From: an uncultured Enterobacteriaceae bacterium
GTDB taxonomy: Bacteria; Myxococcota_A; UBA796; GCA-2862545
Length of the DNA: 35,580 nucleotides
Assembly (NCBI GenBank): GCA_964471355.1
Contig: CAYYHT010000001.1
Location: 1-35,580, forward strand
Reading direction: 5' to 3'
Made by a program: the position numbers and the translations under genes. Shown one piece after another: positions 8,176 through 17,808 of the stretch (the stretch's first letter is position 1; each line of letters opens with the position of its first letter). A model generated the notes under the pieces. That model ran no database searches and was not told where the DNA came from. It saw only the letters and a program-made list of their open reading frames with translations.

Positions 8176-9726
8176 ATCGTCGCAGCGAATGGTCAGGATC
8201 TGGCCGTCGGTGACCTCGACAGCGGCGGCGCCGTGCAGTGGTCCGCCTCCGAACGCAGCTGCGATGGAGTAGCGACCCGGAGGGACGCGTCCGGGCACGG
8301 CGTAGCGATTCAGGACGCCCACAAGCACGACTTGGTCGGCGTCACCGACAACTTGAACGACTCCATGGGGCTCTTCTGCCGACAGCTCGGGAGCGGTTTG
8401 CGCCGATGCGGGCTGGACAGGAGTCGGGACCGCGACTGGTGCTGCGGGCGCCTCGACGGGCTCGGGAATGGTCTTGGCGGGCACGATTGGGGCCGCCACT
8501 TCCTCTTTGGGTTGGGTCGAGGGCTCAGCAAGCTCGGGCGATGCGGTCAACGGAGTGGGCATGACCAGCGGCGTCGATGGCGCTGGGGTGGGCGTCTGAC
8601 CGTCCGAGAGCCAAAAGAAGATCGACCCGGCTGCTCCTCCGCCGACGACGGCGAGCAGCAGCAGCGCGGCGATTGCGCTTGCTCCGCGCAAGCCGGCCGA
8701 AATCAATCCATCGTGCTCGGTCGGGCGGCGTCCTCCGAGCAGGATGGTCTCGGATCCAACGTTGTAGACCGCTGTGGCGTCCTCACGCATGATGCGCGCG
8801 ATGTCCATCGGCACGTCGGTCTCGTCACGGATCAGCGCTGGCACCGTGCGCTCGGCCCAGAACCGAAGTGGCTCGGATGACATCTCGGCCTTTAGCTCCA
8901 GGCAGCGGCGCTCGACGTCGCGAGGTGCTGGTCGTTTTTCCGGGTCATAGGCCAACATTTCGCGGGTGAGCTCAAGAATCCCGGGGGTGACATTGGCGTG
9001 GCGCAGCAGCTCGATGCGCTCTTGCACGAAGCGTGCGTGTCGGGACTCGATGGGCGAGGTGCGGCCGAAGGGGCGACCCAAGACCAGCTCATAGAGCACC
9101 AGGCCGAGGGAGTAGATGTCCGTCGATGAATGGTCCGGCTCGTCGATGCTCTGGTCGAATCGCTCGGGAGCCATGTAGTTGGGGCTTCCGAAGCTGATGT
9201 CGGTGGTGAACGCCTCGCGCTTGTCGAACTCGGCTCGGGCAATGCCGAAGTCGAGCACCTTGACGTCTCCTGCTGGGGTCAGCAAGATATTCTCGGGCTT
9301 GATGTCCCTGTGGACGAGCCCGAGTGACTTGTCTCCGTGTCCGGTGCCATCGAAGGCGGCGTGCAGCGCACTGGCCACCTCGCCCACAATCTCCATGGTG
9401 TGTTGCGATTTGATGGGGCCCGCGCCCATCAGGATTCGCAGGTCGACGCCGTTGACGTATTCCATGACAAAGGCCCAGCGGTCTTCGACCTGGACCAGGC
9501 GATCAACGCGGACAATGGCGCGGTGGTCCAACATGCCCAACATGCGCGCCTCGTCCCGCAAGCGCTGCGCGAGGCTCTCCATTCCTTGCAGATTGGCGTT
9601 CAGCACCTTGATGGCCACCTGCTTGGTGAACCCACCTTCGCCCGTGAAACGCGCCCGATAGACGGTTCCGAAGCCACCTTTTCCGAGCGTGGCCAAGATT
9701 TCGTATCGGTGCTCCGCTCGCTCCAT
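8149..9726 (-). CDS. membrane-anchored Ser/Thr protein kinase (525 aa)
   Basis: Kinase motifs: LGKGGFGTVYRA, VAIKVL, HRDIKPENILL, DFGIAR, YMAPE. A TM helix (AIAALLLLAVVGGGAAGSIFFWL) follows, then a Pro-rich linker and a roughly 90-aa C-terminal beta-rich domain (PEGA-like, tentative). Start taken at ATG 9726 (MERAEHRYEIL). Confidence 0.9.
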   Translation of the reverse strand: MERAEHRYEILATLGKGGFGTVYRARFTGEGGFTKQVAIKVLNANLQGMESLAQRLRDEARMLGMLDHRAIVRVDRLVQVEDRWAFVMEYVNGVDLRILMGAGPIKSQHTMEIVGEVASALHAAFDGTGHGDKSLGLVHRDIKPENILLTPAGDVKVLDFGIARAEFDKREAFTTDISFGSPNYMAPERFDQSIDEPDHSSTDIYSLGLVLYELVLGRPFGRTSPIESRHARFVQERIELLRHANVTPGILELTREMLAYDPEKRPAPRDVERRCLELKAEMSSEPLRFWAERTVPALIRDETDVPMDIARIMREDATAVYNVGSETILLGGRRPTEHDGLISAGLRGASAIAALLLLAVVGGGAAGSIFFWLSDGQTPTPAPSTPLVMPTPLTASPELAEPSTQPKEEVAAPIVPAKTIPEPVEAPAAPVAVPTPVQPASAQTAPELSAEEPHGVVQVVGDADQVVLVGVLNRYAVPGRVPPGRYSIAAAFGGGPLHGAAAVEVTDGQILTIRCDDLLEICVIH

Positions 9727-9820
9727 GGCTCCTCGTTGGCGGCGATTGCCTATCATACGCCACCGCGCGGGAGTATCCTCACGGCGGAGGTGACGGCTGA
9801 GTCCGCCCAGAATCGCCGCA

Positions 9821-10543
9821 TTGTTGGTGGCCACGCTGTGGTTCTCGGCGCCTGCTTTGGCACAGGACCCGTCGGTCAAAGACCTCTACAACAACGGCCA
9901 GGTGCACTACGACAGCGGTCAGTACGACCTGGCCATCGAGGCGTGGGCCGAGGCTCATCGCCGCAGCGGTCGGCCCATCCTGCTCATGAAGATGGCCGAT
10001 GCGTGCGAGGCGGGTGGCAAGCACGCTCAGGCGGTCGAGCTGCTGGAAAAGTACCGCGACGAGGCAGACGAATCCGAAGTCGAGGGCATCGATCAGCGCA
10101 TTGAGCAGCTTCGTGCGCTCGTGAGCGCGCCACCGGTCGAGCCCGATCCCGATCCGCCGCCCGATCCGAACCCCGTCGTGGATCCTGTGGTGGCTGACCT
10201 GCCGGATCCACCCGCCGAGGCGTCTTCAGAGGGACCGCTGCCCAGCGTGTTGCTGGGGGCCGGGGTCCTCGGCTTGGGCACAGGCGTTGGCTTTGGCCTT
10301 CGAGCTCAGGCGGCACGCGCCGAGGCCAAGGGCTTCTGTGTGGGTCCAGATGATGATCTGATGTGCTCGGATGAGGCGCAGCCGGCACTGAAGCGAGACC
10401 GGTCGTCGAGCACCGTTGCGGACGTCGGCTTCATCGTTGGCGGAGCTGCCTCGGTAGCGTTCGTGTCCGTGCAGCTGGTCTCCGGCGGCCCGGTCGTTCA
10501 GCTGTCTCCACGCCAGGTGGCGCTGCACTGGACTATTCGCTGA
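9821..10543 (+). CDS. secreted or membrane protein (240 aa): TPR-like helical N-domain, Pro/Asp-rich linker, C-terminal Gly/Ala-rich hydrophobic hairpin
   Basis: Signal-like LVATLWFSAPALAQD, a PDPDPPPDPNP linker, and two hydrophobic segments near the C-terminus. The start is ambiguous: TTG 9821, TTG 9824 and GTG 9827 are consecutive, and CTG 9797 would add a positively charged n-region. Confidence 0.6.
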   Translation: MLVATLWFSAPALAQDPSVKDLYNNGQVHYDSGQYDLAIEAWAEAHRRSGRPILLMKMADACEAGGKHAQAVELLEKYRDEADESEVEGIDQRIEQLRALVSAPPVEPDPDPPPDPNPVVDPVVADLPDPPAEASSEGPLPSVLLGAGVLGLGTGVGFGLRAQAARAEAKGFCVGPDDDLMCSDEAQPALKRDRSSSTVADVGFIVGGAASVAFVSVQLVSGGPVVQLSPRQVALHWTIR

Positions 10544-11945
10544 CGTACTCGACTTGGATGGTCGAGTCCTCGATGGTCCACACCTCGATGGCGGCGGTGG
10601 TCTCTTCGGTATCGGGGTCGTAGTCGAGCGCTCCCGAGGTGCCGACGACGTCGATGGAGTTGCCCAAGGTGAACTCGGAGCGAACGTCGTTCCACGTGTT
10701 TACGCGGATCTGCACCGCCGTCCCATCGCTGAGCTTCCTCAATCCCCGGGCAAAGTCCACGCTGTTGCTGGTGTCGCCGTTGTATGTCGCCCAGGCCGAG
10801 CCGTAGATGACCATCCACGACGCGTCGTAGGTGTGGGCGGCAAAGGAAAAGGCGTCTGCATCCTGGCCGTCGTACTGCGAGGCGTAGCTGGCCAGGAAGG
10901 TGTCGTACAGGTTGCCTGATGGGATGGAGGGCTTGGTGCCTCGAATCTGCCCGAACAACGCCGAGGCGTCGGATGCATCGGTCAGCACGCTGGCCGTAGC
11001 GGCGGCATCGGTCAGGAAGATGCCAACGTCTTCGTACGCGGGGATGTCTGCGGCAGCATTGAGGAATGCCACGATCTCGTCCACTTCGGATGAGATGAAC
11101 AGCACTTCATCAGCGTTTGCGGCAACGGCGTCGAGGGTCGCTTGATCTCGCCCGTCCGCATCCGAGAACAGAATCAGGTCGATGTGGACATCATCGGGCA
11201 TCTTGGCTGCAAAAAGCTCTGACAGACCGTCTCCGTACGCGCCGCTGTGGACCAGCACGACAGGGGCAACCACGTCACGGGCGATCATGTCATTGGCGAT
11301 GACTTCAGCCTGCAGTGTGTCCGGAGGGGCGGTGCGCCACAGCAGTCCCGGGGTCTCATCGCTTGGGGTGAAGCGATCGAGCGACGTCAACGATGGACTG
11401 GTGGCAGAGGGCGAGACCATCAGGGTGTCTGGTGTGGAGCCGAACGCGGAAAACGCCGCCTGCACGTCCGTCGACGACGCGGGCCCGACGATTGCGGGCA
11501 CGTCGATGGTCTCTGCGAGGTAGGTCGAGAGCTCTTCGACGGCGTCGGCCTGGCTCAGGCCGTCGAGCTCGCTATTTTCCTCGATCGTGCACTCGAGAAT
11601 GGCGTATTGGCGCCCATCGAGGCCGCCCAGGCCATTGGCTTGAATGGCTGCCAGACGGGCAGATCGAACCCGGACGCGATGGGTCTCGCTGCTGTGGTTG
11701 AACATCGTCGCGTAGAGCAGGTGCTCCACCGGATCGAGCGGCAGCGTCGCGTCCTCGGCGTACAGGCTGCAGCGGGGATTGTCGGCGGCGATGCAGAACG
11801 AGTCCGAACAGACCGAGCCCATGCCGAAGTTTTCGCGGCATTCAAGGTGGGTGTCACACCCGGTGGGATCGAGGGTCGACAGGCTGCAGCCTGCGAGGCC
11901 GACGAGGAGCAGCGTGACCAGCCGTGGGGCGATGCCCGGCATCAT
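10533..11945 (-). CDS. lipoprotein of the LivK/Peripla_BP_6-like solute-binding family (470 aa), orphan
   Basis: Lipobox LLVGLAGC|S. Family-typical segments are IVGPASSTDVQAA, LMVSPSATSPSLT and LWRTAPPDTLQAEVIA. No permease or ATPase gene is nearby. Confidence 0.8.
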   Translation of the reverse strand: MMPGIAPRLVTLLLVGLAGCSLSTLDPTGCDTHLECRENFGMGSVCSDSFCIAADNPRCSLYAEDATLPLDPVEHLLYATMFNHSSETHRVRVRSARLAAIQANGLGGLDGRQYAILECTIEENSELDGLSQADAVEELSTYLAETIDVPAIVGPASSTDVQAAFSAFGSTPDTLMVSPSATSPSLTSLDRFTPSDETPGLLWRTAPPDTLQAEVIANDMIARDVVAPVVLVHSGAYGDGLSELFAAKMPDDVHIDLILFSDADGRDQATLDAVAANADEVLFISSEVDEIVAFLNAAADIPAYEDVGIFLTDAAATASVLTDASDASALFGQIRGTKPSIPSGNLYDTFLASYASQYDGQDADAFSFAAHTYDASWMVIYGSAWATYNGDTSNSVDFARGLRKLSDGTAVQIRVNTWNDVRSEFTLGNSIDVVGTSGALDYDPDTEETTAAIEVWTIEDSTIQVEYVSE

Positions 11946-12051
11946 GGGTCGTCTCCAGTATCCCAGCCTAGCATGCCAGTCTCAGCGTCTGAGCGCGTCA
12001 TGCGGTAGCATGCCTCGGGCGAAACGCGGACGCCAGACCAGAGGAATCAAC

Positions 12052-13047
12052 ATGCCGGTCCTGCTCATCACGGGCGGAGTGCAGCGTAGTCCAGTAGGCA
12101 TTCAAGCGGCGACCGAGTGGAAGGCCTACCGCACCGGACGCATGCTGATGCTCGACACCGACACCGGCGAGGTCAGCCGAGTGCTGGACTATGCCTCTCC
12201 GACGGGTCGAATTCCGCCATCCGAGCCCAGCCACGTGTTCAAGGCGGGAGCATGGGTGGACGGTCGCTTGCTGCTGTGCACCCAGACCGAGGCGCTCTGG
12301 GTCGATCCCGAGTCCTTCGAGGTCACGGGCACCGTGTCTCATCCGTGGCTCAATGACGTGCACCATGTCGATGTCTTCGACGGCGGAATCCACTTCGCGA
12401 ATACCGGGCTGGACTGCCTGATTGTGCTTGAGCCAGACGGCGCATTGAGGCGCTGCGATCCGGCCCAGGACGAAGACCTCTGGGCCCGCTTCGACAAGGA
12501 CATCGACTACCGCACCGTGCCGACGACCAAGCCGCACAAGTCGCATCCGAACTACGTGTTCCGCACCAAGCATGGCGTGTGGCTCAATCGCTCCCTCGAC
12601 AAGGACGCCGTCTGCATGGACGACCGCAGCCGGGTGATCGACCTGACAGCCCCCGGTGTGCCCCATGACGGCATCGTGCGCCCCGATGGGGTCTGGTTCA
12701 CCACGACCGAGGGTCACCTGCTGCAGTGCGACCCCGACGCCGCCAAGGTGGTGCGCAACATCGAGCTGGGCACGCTCGATCCCGACGCAGCACCGACGCG
12801 CTGGTGTCGAGGACTGCACTTCCAAGACGACCTCGCCTATGTGGGCTTCAGCCGCCTGCGTCCGACCAAAGCCCGCGCGAACCTGTCATGGGTCAAGCGC
12901 AGCCTGGGCTTCAAGGACACTGCCACCCACAACAGCCGGGTCACGGCCTATGACCTCAAGGCCGGCAAGCTCGTGGGGTCCTGGGACATGGAGGAGCACG
13001 GTCTGAACGCCGTCTTCTCGATTCTGCCGCGCCGACCACTAAGCTAG
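12052..13047 (+). CDS. hypothetical protein, beta-propeller-like (331 aa); possibly DUF4915/TIGR03032-like (unverified)
   Basis: ATG 12052 is preceded by GAGGA at 12040-12044. The composition is repetitive and beta-strand-like, with an RGLHFQDDLAYVGFSRLR segment. The tool's ORF from 11779 overlaps the start of the divergent gene and was trimmed. Confidence 0.65.
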   Translation: MPVLLITGGVQRSPVGIQAATEWKAYRTGRMLMLDTDTGEVSRVLDYASPTGRIPPSEPSHVFKAGAWVDGRLLLCTQTEALWVDPESFEVTGTVSHPWLNDVHHVDVFDGGIHFANTGLDCLIVLEPDGALRRCDPAQDEDLWARFDKDIDYRTVPTTKPHKSHPNYVFRTKHGVWLNRSLDKDAVCMDDRSRVIDLTAPGVPHDGIVRPDGVWFTTTEGHLLQCDPDAAKVVRNIELGTLDPDAAPTRWCRGLHFQDDLAYVGFSRLRPTKARANLSWVKRSLGFKDTATHNSRVTAYDLKAGKLVGSWDMEEHGLNAVFSILPRRPLS

Positions 13048-15020
13048 CGCGCTTGGCCGCTCAGTCCTCGCCTGGCACGCTCGGCTTGATCGGAGTCGGG
13101 GTAGTCCCGCAGCAGCTCTTCGTACAGGGCCCGGGCCCGAGCGGGCGCGCCGGCCTCGTACACCCGTGCCCATCGGTCGGCGGCTCGTAGGAGCAGCTCG
13201 GGCGGCTTGCGAAAGCTCGGGTGCTCGCGCCAGAGCTTCTCTTGTGCCCTTGCTGCGGCCCCAAGCAGGCCGGCGCTGCGCAGATCGCCCGCGTAGTCTT
13301 CGAGGGCGTCGGCAAGGGCCTCTTCGACATCCTCGCGGTCCTCGCGCACATCCTTGATGGCTTCTTCAACATAGCGCTTGGCGTCGTCGCCCTTGGTCTC
13401 GGACGCGAGCATCTCGGCGAGCAGCTTCTCGAGGGCGTCTGTGTCGCCGAAAGCCCGCAGGTGGTCCTTTCTGGCGTGCCAGGTGTATCGGTGCTCTGGC
13501 CACTTGCGAATCATCTGTTCGAGGGCCCGGTCCGCTTCGTCGAACCGCCCTCCCTTTCGCAGCAGGCCCAGGTCACTGCGCGCGGTGTAGGGGCGATATC
13601 CCTCGGCATCGATGTCTTTGAGCCGGTCAGATGCCCGTTGTGCCGCCTCCAGTTGCTTTGGGAGCGTCTCGTCTCGAGCGCGGACTAGGTCGTCGACCTC
13701 CCAGCCGCGGTCCGTGGCGACGGCGATGAGATTGCCGTAGCCGGCCGAATGACCGGTTGCCTTGTACCGCAATGAGATGACGTACAGGTCGTGGTCGCGG
13801 GCTTCGACGCCGGGATGGTCCCTGAGGAAGGTCGCCCAGGCGTTGCATGGCTCGACCACCCGCCGCAGGTCGGGCTCATCGGTGCAGTGACTGTCCAGGA
13901 CCTGCTCGCGGCGTTGCAGTCGCCTGTTCTCTTCGACGTCGGCGGTGCGGGCGCGCTCCTCCTTCTTGATCAGCTCGATCAGCCGATCGAGGGACTGCCG
14001 GACTTGATTGAACTGCGGCGACTGTGGGTAGCGCTCGACGAAGGCTTGGCCCCAGGACAGAATCGCCGCGCGCTCGCGAAGCTCGTCTGCTGCCCGAAAC
14101 ACGGTCCACATGCCGACTTCATTGATCGACACATCCCACTGCCCGGTGCCGGTGCGGACTGACTCATCGAGCTCGAGGTTCAGCAGCTTTCTTCCCAGGA
14201 GCATGCGCTCGCTTGCGGCCAGGGTCTGCGCCCCCCGAAGGTCTTTGACCGCTGCGATGAGCGCTTCGTCATCGACGGGGTCTGCGGCATAGGCATCGAA
14301 CGCCACGAAGAGCCGCTTGGCTTCGGCATCCATCGCCTTTTCACGAATGACCTGGGCTGCCTTGAGGGTGCCCTCAAGCTCGGTCAGTCTGGCGGTGGCG
14401 TCCCCGAAGCCCGAGTCGTGGGACAGCGCTCTCTCGAAGCGCCGCTCGGCGTCCGCGATGGCGCCTTGGTCCAGTGCTTCTAGTCCCTCGGACCACGCCT
14501 TGAAGGCCGCGAAGGACTCGGTCGACACCCGTCCGACCTTGGCGGCTTCCCGCGCCGAGACGCTGACTCCAAGCTCTTCTGTCAGGGCCAGGGCAAGGTC
14601 CTTTTCGACCAAAAAGAACTCGGCCCGCGTGCCCTCTGCAGACACCGCGTCGACCAGCTTTCCACTGCGCACATCGACAATGCGGGCGTCCAGGCGCATC
14701 TGTGGCTCGATGGCGCTGATGCTTCCGACCAGAATCCACTTGGCTCCGACTCCATTGCCCGCTTTGGCGGCGGTCTTGGGGTCGATGAAGTCCGATTCGG
14801 TCAGCTTGAGCTCTTCGAGCACGTCGGCCAGCCTCGAGCGCTCGACCAGCTGCAGCCCGGCCACATGGGAGAGGTCGGTGGTCAGCATGTCGGCGATGCC
14901 CACGCCCAATGCGTCGTACTGCTCGTCCCCGGTGTGGTTGTCGAAGGGCAGGACCGCAAGGGTTGGCGTGCCTGCATGTGCAGCCGTGAGCCAGAGCCAT
15001 GTGAGCAGAAGAGCGGTCAT
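13044..15020 (-). CDS. secreted TPR/helical-repeat protein with an N-terminal LpoB/FlgO/CsgG-like domain (658 aa)
   Basis: Signal peptide LLTWLWLTAAHAG. The N-domain pattern is LAVLPFDNHTGDEQYDALGVGIADMLTTDL...LVERSRLADVLEELKL...GAKWILVGSI. The C-terminal 450 aa are alpha-helical and TPR-like. Confidence 0.75.
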   Translation of the reverse strand: MTALLLTWLWLTAAHAGTPTLAVLPFDNHTGDEQYDALGVGIADMLTTDLSHVAGLQLVERSRLADVLEELKLTESDFIDPKTAAKAGNGVGAKWILVGSISAIEPQMRLDARIVDVRSGKLVDAVSAEGTRAEFFLVEKDLALALTEELGVSVSAREAAKVGRVSTESFAAFKAWSEGLEALDQGAIADAERRFERALSHDSGFGDATARLTELEGTLKAAQVIREKAMDAEAKRLFVAFDAYAADPVDDEALIAAVKDLRGAQTLAASERMLLGRKLLNLELDESVRTGTGQWDVSINEVGMWTVFRAADELRERAAILSWGQAFVERYPQSPQFNQVRQSLDRLIELIKKEERARTADVEENRRLQRREQVLDSHCTDEPDLRRVVEPCNAWATFLRDHPGVEARDHDLYVISLRYKATGHSAGYGNLIAVATDRGWEVDDLVRARDETLPKQLEAAQRASDRLKDIDAEGYRPYTARSDLGLLRKGGRFDEADRALEQMIRKWPEHRYTWHARKDHLRAFGDTDALEKLLAEMLASETKGDDAKRYVEEAIKDVREDREDVEEALADALEDYAGDLRSAGLLGAAARAQEKLWREHPSFRKPPELLLRAADRWARVYEAGAPARARALYEELLRDYPDSDQAERARRGLSGQAR

Positions 15021-15071
15021 GGAGGCAGCCTAACGGCGGGTTGGGGGTGGCCAATCGATTGACATGCCTGG

Positions 15072-15956
15072 CTACCTTGGCTTGCAGGTGGCGGGGTCGA
15101 GGTTCGGTCCCTTGATCGATTCCCCGGGCTTGATGGAGCCGGCAATCCACCGCCAATAGCCCTTGCGGTGGCGGTTGGGGTCGATCCACTGCAGGGTCAG
15201 GTCGTAGTAGGGGCGGCTCTCGAGGCCATTGGCTTTGAACGAGGCGACCAGCTCACTCAGGCTGCAGCCGAAGGTCGGCGGAGGCGGGACGGCCTCTTCC
15301 TTGTCGCGCTGGCTTTCCTCCGCGACGCGGCCTTGAGTCACGCTCTCTGCAATCACGATGACGAACTCACTCTTGATCTTGGTCTCACTCACCTTGGCCA
15401 TCTCGAGAGACGACTTGCGCAGGGTGGGCGAGGCAAAACGAGCGCGAAGCTCAAAGTCGTCCCGTGCAGAGACATCGAGCACGCCGTCGGCTCGGACGCC
15501 GGACAGGTCGAGTCGACTCAGGCGAACGTCGGCGGTCCAAGCACGCGCAATGCCGGTCATCCACGGGATGTTGGCGACGGGATCGATGGCAGTGAACGCG
15601 CCAATGCGCCCGGGGGCGTCGAGTGGACGGTAGCCAAAGAAGCCCTCGAGCTCTTTGAGCTTCGAGATGGGAAGGGGAGCCTTTGGCCGACTCACCGGAC
15701 CTTTTTTAACGGTGGGCGTGTGCGCTGACTCCACCGCAGCGATCGTGGCCACCCCACCCGCGGCGAGCATTCCGGTCAGTGTGGCGCCGAGGATTCCGAC
15801 CACCGTGAACAAGCCGATGCCGATGATCAGCACCTTGGCGGCGCCTGATCCAGTGGGCACCACGAACGTGCTGTCGCAGTGACTGCAGGTGACCGACTCG
15901 CCCGGTGTGACGTTCGTGAGCTGCGCGCCACAGTTCGTACAGTTGTGCTGCTTCAT
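15072..15956 (-). CDS. zinc-ribbon membrane protein (294 aa)
   Basis: N-terminal CTNCG...CSHCD zinc ribbon (C6/C9/C24/C27). A long hydrophobic stretch at about residues 40-75 is followed by a roughly 215-aa extracytoplasmic domain. ATG 15956 is preferred over GTG 15974. Confidence 0.65.
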   Translation of the reverse strand: MKQHNCTNCGAQLTNVTPGESVTCSHCDSTFVVPTGSGAAKVLIIGIGLFTVVGILGATLTGMLAAGGVATIAAVESAHTPTVKKGPVSRPKAPLPISKLKELEGFFGYRPLDAPGRIGAFTAIDPVANIPWMTGIARAWTADVRLSRLDLSGVRADGVLDVSARDDFELRARFASPTLRKSSLEMAKVSETKIKSEFVIVIAESVTQGRVAEESQRDKEEAVPPPPTFGCSLSELVASFKANGLESRPYYDLTLQWIDPNRHRKGYWRWIAGSIKPGESIKGPNLDPATCKPR

Positions 15957-16024
15957 GGGGGAAGAGTAGACCACGGGCTGCTTGTCTGCGGGCGGTTAGG
16001 CTCCAGACGGCTTATCCGGCGCTT

Positions 16025-17806
16025 ATGTCCAGTGAAGAACCGTCCAGTTTTGCGTCCTTTGAGCTCGATGACCGACTCGCATCTGCGGTTGCCGATCTCG
16101 GGTTCGAAAACGCTACGCCCATCCAGGCTGCGGCCATTCCGGCCCTGTTGACCGGTGTCGATGTCATTGGGCGAGCCCGCACGGGTTCGGGCAAGACCGC
16201 AGCCTTCGGCCTGCCCTTGCTCGAGAAGGTCAAGGAAGGCGGCAAGAAGGTGCGTGCCGTCGTGCTCGCTCCCACCCGTGAGCTGGCGATTCAGGTCACT
16301 CAGGCCATCAAGTCCTATGGGGCGCACCTGCCCCAGGTTCGCATGCTGACCATCTACGGTGGTGCTTCTTTCCAGGCCCAGGCGGCGGCACTCAGGCGCG
16401 GTGTCAGCGTTGTTGTCGGCACTCCCGGGCGTGTGCTCGACCATCTCAATCGCGGCACCCTCGACCTGTCCAATGTCGAGGTCTTCGTGCTCGACGAGGG
16501 CGACGAGATGCTGCGCATGGGCTTCATCGACGACGTCGAGGCCATTCTGTCGGCGACTCCCCAAGAGCGCCAGGTGGCGCTGTTCTCGGCGTCGATGCCC
16601 GACCGCATTCGCAAGATCGCCACCCGCTACATGAACGACCCACAGATCGTCCAGGTCGAGAGCAAGGCGCTCACGGTCGATCACATCAAGCAGTACTGGA
16701 TGCTCGTTCCCCAGCGGCACAAGCTCGACGCGCTCGAGCGTCTGTTGGCTGTCCACGAGGGCACCAAGCTGGTCTTTGCCCGCACACGACGCGGATGCGC
16801 CGAGGTAGCCGACGCACTGGCAAAGCGCGGCATGGCCGTCGACGCCCTGCACGGCGACCTGAATCAGTCCGCTCGCGAGCGTGTGCTGCAGCGACTTCGC
16901 GCCAAGAGCCTCGGCGTGGTCATCGCCACCGATGTTGCTGCGCGCGGCATCGACGTCGAGCACATCGCCATGGTCATCAACCTCGACCTGCCCGAGGAAT
17001 ACGAGACCTATGTGCACCGCATCGGCCGGACCGGTCGAGCGGGTCGCAGCGGCGTGGCCATCAGCCTGTCGACTCCCAAGCAGAAGCGCTTCATTCGCGA
17101 CTTGGCTCGCACGCTCAAGGTCGACATCGAGGCCATGGATGTGCCCAGTGACCGGGCCATCGGAATGCAGCGTCGCGGACTGCTGCGGACAGCCCTCGAA
17201 GGTGCTCTTGAGCACCCCGACATCGATGCCGCCCACGCCCTGATGGACGAGATTCTCGAGGGCTCTGAGGTTCGCCGACGCGACCTCGCGGCGGCCGCCA
17301 TCGCTCTGCTGGCCGGGGACCGGAAGATCCGCTTGGCGACTGCAGTCGACGAGGCACCGCCAAACTGGGCCCGCCCGACAAGCTCCTTTGGCCGCGGCCA
17401 AGGCGACGGGCCACGTCGCGATGCCCCCCCTCGTCCGAACTGGGACAACGTGGACATGGTCGAGCTGTTCCTGCCCATCGGACGTCGTGACAACGTTCGT
17501 GCGGGCGATCTGGTCGGCGCCATCGCCAACGAGGCCGACATCCCAGGCAACGCCATCGGGCGCATTCAGATCTTCGACAACAAGTCCTTTGTGGGCCTGC
17601 CTCGTGAGCTCGCCGAGCGTGTCCTGCATCAGTTCAGCGAAATCGCGGTTCGCGGCCGCTCGGTGCCCATCTCGGTCTCCAAGCAGCGTGACCAGGACTT
17701 CAGCGGTCCTCGTCCCCAAAAGCGCGCACCCAACCAGCGCAACAAGTGGGGCAAGGGCGGCGGCAGGCGGCCCGGTGGCTTCAAGCCCGGAAAGTGGCGG
17801 CGCTAG
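16025..17806 (+). CDS. deaD: DEAD-box ATP-dependent RNA helicase, DeaD/CsdA type (593 aa)
   Basis: Q motif (TPIQ), motif I ARTGSGKT, Ia PTRELA, Ib TPGR, V ATDVAARGIDV, VI HRIGRTGRAGRSG. There is a C-terminal DbpA-like RNA-binding domain and a basic Gly/Arg/Lys tail. Motif II reads DEGD and motif III reads SAS. Confidence 0.92.
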   Translation: MSSEEPSSFASFELDDRLASAVADLGFENATPIQAAAIPALLTGVDVIGRARTGSGKTAAFGLPLLEKVKEGGKKVRAVVLAPTRELAIQVTQAIKSYGAHLPQVRMLTIYGGASFQAQAAALRRGVSVVVGTPGRVLDHLNRGTLDLSNVEVFVLDEGDEMLRMGFIDDVEAILSATPQERQVALFSASMPDRIRKIATRYMNDPQIVQVESKALTVDHIKQYWMLVPQRHKLDALERLLAVHEGTKLVFARTRRGCAEVADALAKRGMAVDALHGDLNQSARERVLQRLRAKSLGVVIATDVAARGIDVEHIAMVINLDLPEEYETYVHRIGRTGRAGRSGVAISLSTPKQKRFIRDLARTLKVDIEAMDVPSDRAIGMQRRGLLRTALEGALEHPDIDAAHALMDEILEGSEVRRRDLAAAAIALLAGDRKIRLATAVDEAPPNWARPTSSFGRGQGDGPRRDAPPRPNWDNVDMVELFLPIGRRDNVRAGDLVGAIANEADIPGNAIGRIQIFDNKSFVGLPRELAERVLHQFSEIAVRGRSVPISVSKQRDQDFSGPRPQKRAPNQRNKWGKGGGRRPGGFKPGKWRR

Positions 17807-17808
17807 CA

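Noticed and set aside
11779-12051. 5' extension of the ORF 11779-13047
   Set aside because: It overlaps the start of the divergent lipoprotein gene and has no SD. ATG 12052 has a GAGGA SD at proper spacing.
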